Part shown: positions 35,148 through 38,741 of the stretch, piece by piece
Layout of the letters: each line of letters opens with the position of its first letter
Position numbering within the stretch: position 1 is the first letter of the stretch
Notes under the pieces: generated by a model
Seen by the model: only the letters and a program-made list of their open reading frames with translations
Database searches by the model: none
Told to the model about the DNA's origin: nothing
Assembly: GCA_002633005.1 (NCBI GenBank)
Contig: NMRA01000965.1
Location: 48,114-86,854 of the forward strand
Length of the DNA: 38,741 nt
Direction: 5' to 3'
Origin: Phoronis australis
Taxonomy: Eukaryota; Animalia; Phoronida
Program-made: the position numbers and the translations under genes

Positions 35148-36150
35148 TATATATTTATTGAAAGTTTCACAGAACATACAAAGAAATAATAACAAACCCA
35201 GAAACCGCGAAGCATTATATTTGGGTTGTAACCAATTCATAAATGAAACTTACATACATAGAGGTATATACAATTAACTAGTATCTAAAATAAGTATTCC
35301 AATACTTAGATATGCTATTACAGATATATAAAAACAAAAATATGTACAGATTCATGTAGGGAAATCAGATGCAACAATATTGATAAACGGTACATAAAAA
35401 ATTACTAACGTTGCTTAGGAGGAATTCGTTGAGAACGAAGTCAAGGTTAGGACTACCATTCAGTAATAATGTAACTCTAGTAGGGATATTATTACAAGAA
35501 TTGAGAGCATTAACAATTGATTGGTTATCATTGATTGCACGAAAAAGTGAGTCTCTCAGATATTCGATGAGGTTACATTTGAAAAAAATATGAGGATAAG
35601 ATTGATGGTCACCACATTTACAGTTTGGAGAGACATTACTAAAGTTGTGCCTGAACTTGTCAGAGTTGAGGAAAAGGCCACATCTTGATCTGTACAATGC
35701 TATTTCGTTATCGCGGGTAAGGGAGAATTGAGTCAAGGGTGTTGAGTTATCAAAATTATGAAAAACAGTTCTAAAATTATTTTTTATACTCGTAAAAGAG
35801 TTGCTTTCCTTAACAGAGACTGGAAGAGAATTCCAGTTGTTGATGCACATCATGACTGTAGACCTTCTGAATGCCTGACTGAACGACGGAGGAATTGCAT
35901 ATGGGGTGGAGAATCTCAAATCACTACGATGGCCTTGTCTAATATATAGATCAAATATTTTTTTGACAGACACGTTGTTGACATTGTTTATTACCTTGAA
36001 CGTAAATGTGGTCATGTGAAGATTGCGTCGAGTAGACAGTTTGGGCCACTTGAGATTATTCAAAACCTTAACACTATTGGATCCCCTGTAAGCTCCAGTT
36101 ATGAGTAAGGCGGCTTGATATTGTAACTTCTCCAAATGTTGGAGTGCACC
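35148..36150 (-). mobile_element. 3' end of a CR1/L2-group LINE
   Basis: ORF2 C-terminus followed by a ~215-nt 3' UTR with an AACCCA...TGGGTT stem-loop, AATAAA and a (TA)n tail. The 5' part is lost in the N gap. Confidence 0.85.
35365..36150 (-). CDS. CR1-like LINE ORF2 C-terminal region (5'-partial, open up to the gap)
   Basis: GALQHLEKLQYQAALLITGA...LKWPKLSTRR...WNSLP...RSRCGLFLN...SPNCKCG....HIFFKC...LLLNG...N, the post-RT and CCHC region typical of CR1-type ORF2. No stops in 261 codons. Confidence 0.85.
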   Translation of the reverse strand, partial: GALQHLEKLQYQAALLITGAYRGSNSVKVLNNLKWPKLSTRRNLHMTTFTFKVINNVNNVSVKKIFDLYIRQGHRSDLRFSTPYAIPPSFSQAFRRSTVMMCINNWNSLPVSVKESNSFTSIKNNFRTVFHNFDNSTPLTQFSLTRDNEIALYRSRCGLFLNSDKFRHNFSNVSPNCKCGDHQSYPHIFFKCNLIEYLRDSLFRAINDNQSIVNALNSCNNIPTRVTLLLNGSPNLDFVLNEFLLSNVSNFLCTVYQYCCI

Positions 36151-36372
36151 NNNNNNNNNNNNNNNNNNNNNNNNNNNNNNNNNNNNNNNNNNNNNNNNNN
36201 NNNNNNNNNNNNNNNNNNNNNNNNNNNNNNNNNNNNNNNNNNNNNNNNNNNNNNNNNNNNNNNNNNNNNNNNNNNNNNNNNNNNNNNNNNNNNNNNNNNN
36301 NNNNNNNNNNNNNNNNNNNNNNNNNNNNNNNNNNNNNNNNNNNNNNNNNNNNNNNNNNNNNNNNNNNNNNNN
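36151..36372. other. assembly gap (222 N)
   Basis: Run of N. Confidence 1.
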
Positions 36373-38741
36373 TGAGGTTGTGTTCAGTACACTGCTGTAC
36401 CAAATCTGCCCCCACTATTATGAGAACGAAACTTAGCCAAAATGTTGACAAAACATGTTACTTTCATTGCATAAAATAAAAACTTTGTCAGCCAGTTTAT
36501 TAGTTATACATTTTGGCACCTCAAATGTACTAAAATGAGAAATTTTCATATATCTGAGATCGATGCGTGAGCACCGTAAAATCCGATTGTCCTTCATATT
36601 TTTCGATATTTTGCAACAAGTTAGTTCCTCCTGAATGTTTTGAACGTTTTACTACTTATCACTTTGGGCTATTGTACCCTTAAATACCATATATGGCTCC
36701 ATTTTGTAAAAAGCCGATTATGTCCTCCACAGTGAACAGGGTTAGACATGAACTCGACAATTGTAGGTTATTTTGATTTACAGTTGTTTTACTTTGCAAT
36801 TTCCTCATGGGTATTTCTTCACATATATTCAAGTCAGATTATCTGTTGATCAAATGCTCATGCAATGCATTGTAATATCAAATGAATGATAAGTTTGGTG
36901 GCATGACCGCAGTTTTTCCCACGACTTAAAACAAAAGACCGCAGAAATTTTCCTGACGAAATACCGGGTTTGCAGTTCTCTAAAAACATTCGAATGACAA
37001 GACAAACTCCACCACTGTCCGTGGCAACTCGTCGCATGTTTTTCGCCCATCGGTCCTATCTTTGTTTTCCTTTGTTGTGTCATTGTTGGATATAACAACA
37101 CAGGTCGCATGGATATAGAACCTTGAGTACATCAGACCGTTTCCGATAAGTGCTCGTCATTATATCTTTGTTATAACAATGAAGATGCTAATCTACTGTT
37201 CTCTATGCGACCAGGTTTCTCGTGGATGACCACAGAAGAGGAATCCCAAAGTATCCACAAACAATGACCACGCACCTTAGTAACTATTACTGCGCACACG
37301 AATCCTTTCCGTGGAACCTAAACACCAAATTTTTTTATCCGTGTATTGTGTTGTATTGCTCATGGTACGGGTTCAGACTCTGTTGTATTAAGATTCCAAT
37401 CCCCAACCCTGTAATATGTACTTGGAGTAAAATTTCTAGACAATGCAGGTTTATGGATTTATTCTCCTTTAAATGAAGAGTAAAAATCAAATTCTGCACA
37501 GGTTTTTTAAAAGTAATCACTTATCCGAAGATCACACATCTAAAAAATAAAACAATGTTTGACAATTTTATTCATTATCTCATTTGAAAACTGCCTACCT
37601 CACAGACAACTCATCTAAGTTGAAAATATTCCTTGTGAAAAAATATAAAATACCAACCAGAGACTTGTGTACTACAAAATATGTTTTCGTAATACAATGC
37701 AAAGATAACTGTACAGTCAAAAGTGCAAATATTATGACTCTAATAAAAAATTGCCTTCAAGATCTTTTCAACACTCTAATTGCTACAGGACAGAGTCAAC
37801 CACACAAAGCCCATAAAGTCAGGGAATTACATTTAAGATGATGTAGTCTTACTGCGAAAAAGTGATTTCGCAATATCGCTGACAACACTGGAAATCTCTT
37901 CTTCACAATCTTGAGGTAGCTGTATTTACCACATCAATGTTCATATCAAAACTAACCACCACAAAATGAAAAATTTTGGCTTGTCGGTTCCAATTAGGCA
38001 GCATTTTCAATGAAATGGTCATGAAAAAATACTTTTGCAACATGGTTTGTATTACAATTGCCCTACGATTACAGTTGTACATACATACTAGACCAGTAAC
38101 AAAATTACCCATGGGAACAATAAAATGGTCAATTCGCCAAAAAAACAAGGAGCCACCAGAGCTAACGTGCCAATACTTTTCAGTACTGCAACAAAAAATC
38201 ATTTGAAGTGGACATAAACTCGCCTAAAATCACATAAAACAACTGTTGATTTAGACATTTTACCATCACAATATAGGTATTACTTCCAGGTCACTTTTGA
38301 GCAATTTCAGCACTTTGAAAGATCTGGCAATATGCAATTGCTAGAGACCAGACTAATAGTGTGTGATTTTATACACACAGCATGGTCTTAAGGAATAGCA
38401 AACTGTCAATTTGCTAAAATTCCAGAAATCACTTCCCATCTGGATAAGGAACAAACTGAGCAAAGTTTATAGAGGTAAATGGTCTAAATCAAAACTTATT
38501 ACCTCCTGGACAGAATATGGGTTTACAGCCCAGGTAGAAAGATAAGTTAACAAAACCAGCCTAACTGCAACAGGGTCTCAAATTTCAGTAATATATACCC
38601 ATTTACAAACAAAAATCTATAATGGTAAATAAAATGCGGAAACATAAATTCAGATCAATTATGGATCTTCAAGGAAAAGGAACAGTACAGTGGTCAGAAA
38701 TCATCTAAATGTGATGGCCACACTGAGAAATCCTGTCAGAC

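Noticed and set aside
36074-36479. ORFs spanning the N run
   Set aside because: Artefacts of the assembly gap.

Overview
This is eukaryotic, non-prokaryotic DNA: AT-rich, spliced and repeat-dense, most consistent with a marine invertebrate animal (inference from gene and transposon types). No operons, rRNA, tRNA or CRISPR arrays were seen, and most ORFs in the supplied track are spurious. Host coding content is one or two + strand secreted lectin-like genes: a signal peptide + PAN/apple exon (11224-11514), a probable small exon (32904-32993) and a terminal exon encoding a fibrinogen-related domain with six extra cysteines (33291-33898). The rest is mostly transposon debris. This includes many MITEs (several with 5-bp target duplications), a palindromic TTAA Kolobok-type element whose empty site survives in a local duplication, and a three-layer nest (repeat-ended element > Kolobok with THAP remnant > hAT). 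There is also a Gypsy/Mag LTR + gag fragment abutting an L1/Tx1 RT fragment, an unidentified transposase-like pseudogene, and an uninterrupted CR1-like ORF2 3' end running into a 222-nt assembly gap. All alignments and translations were done by eye; no database searches were run. I see no strong evidence for a wholly new biological system. The best candidates for novelty are the Cys-rich FReD / PAN gene and the unusual transposon architectures.
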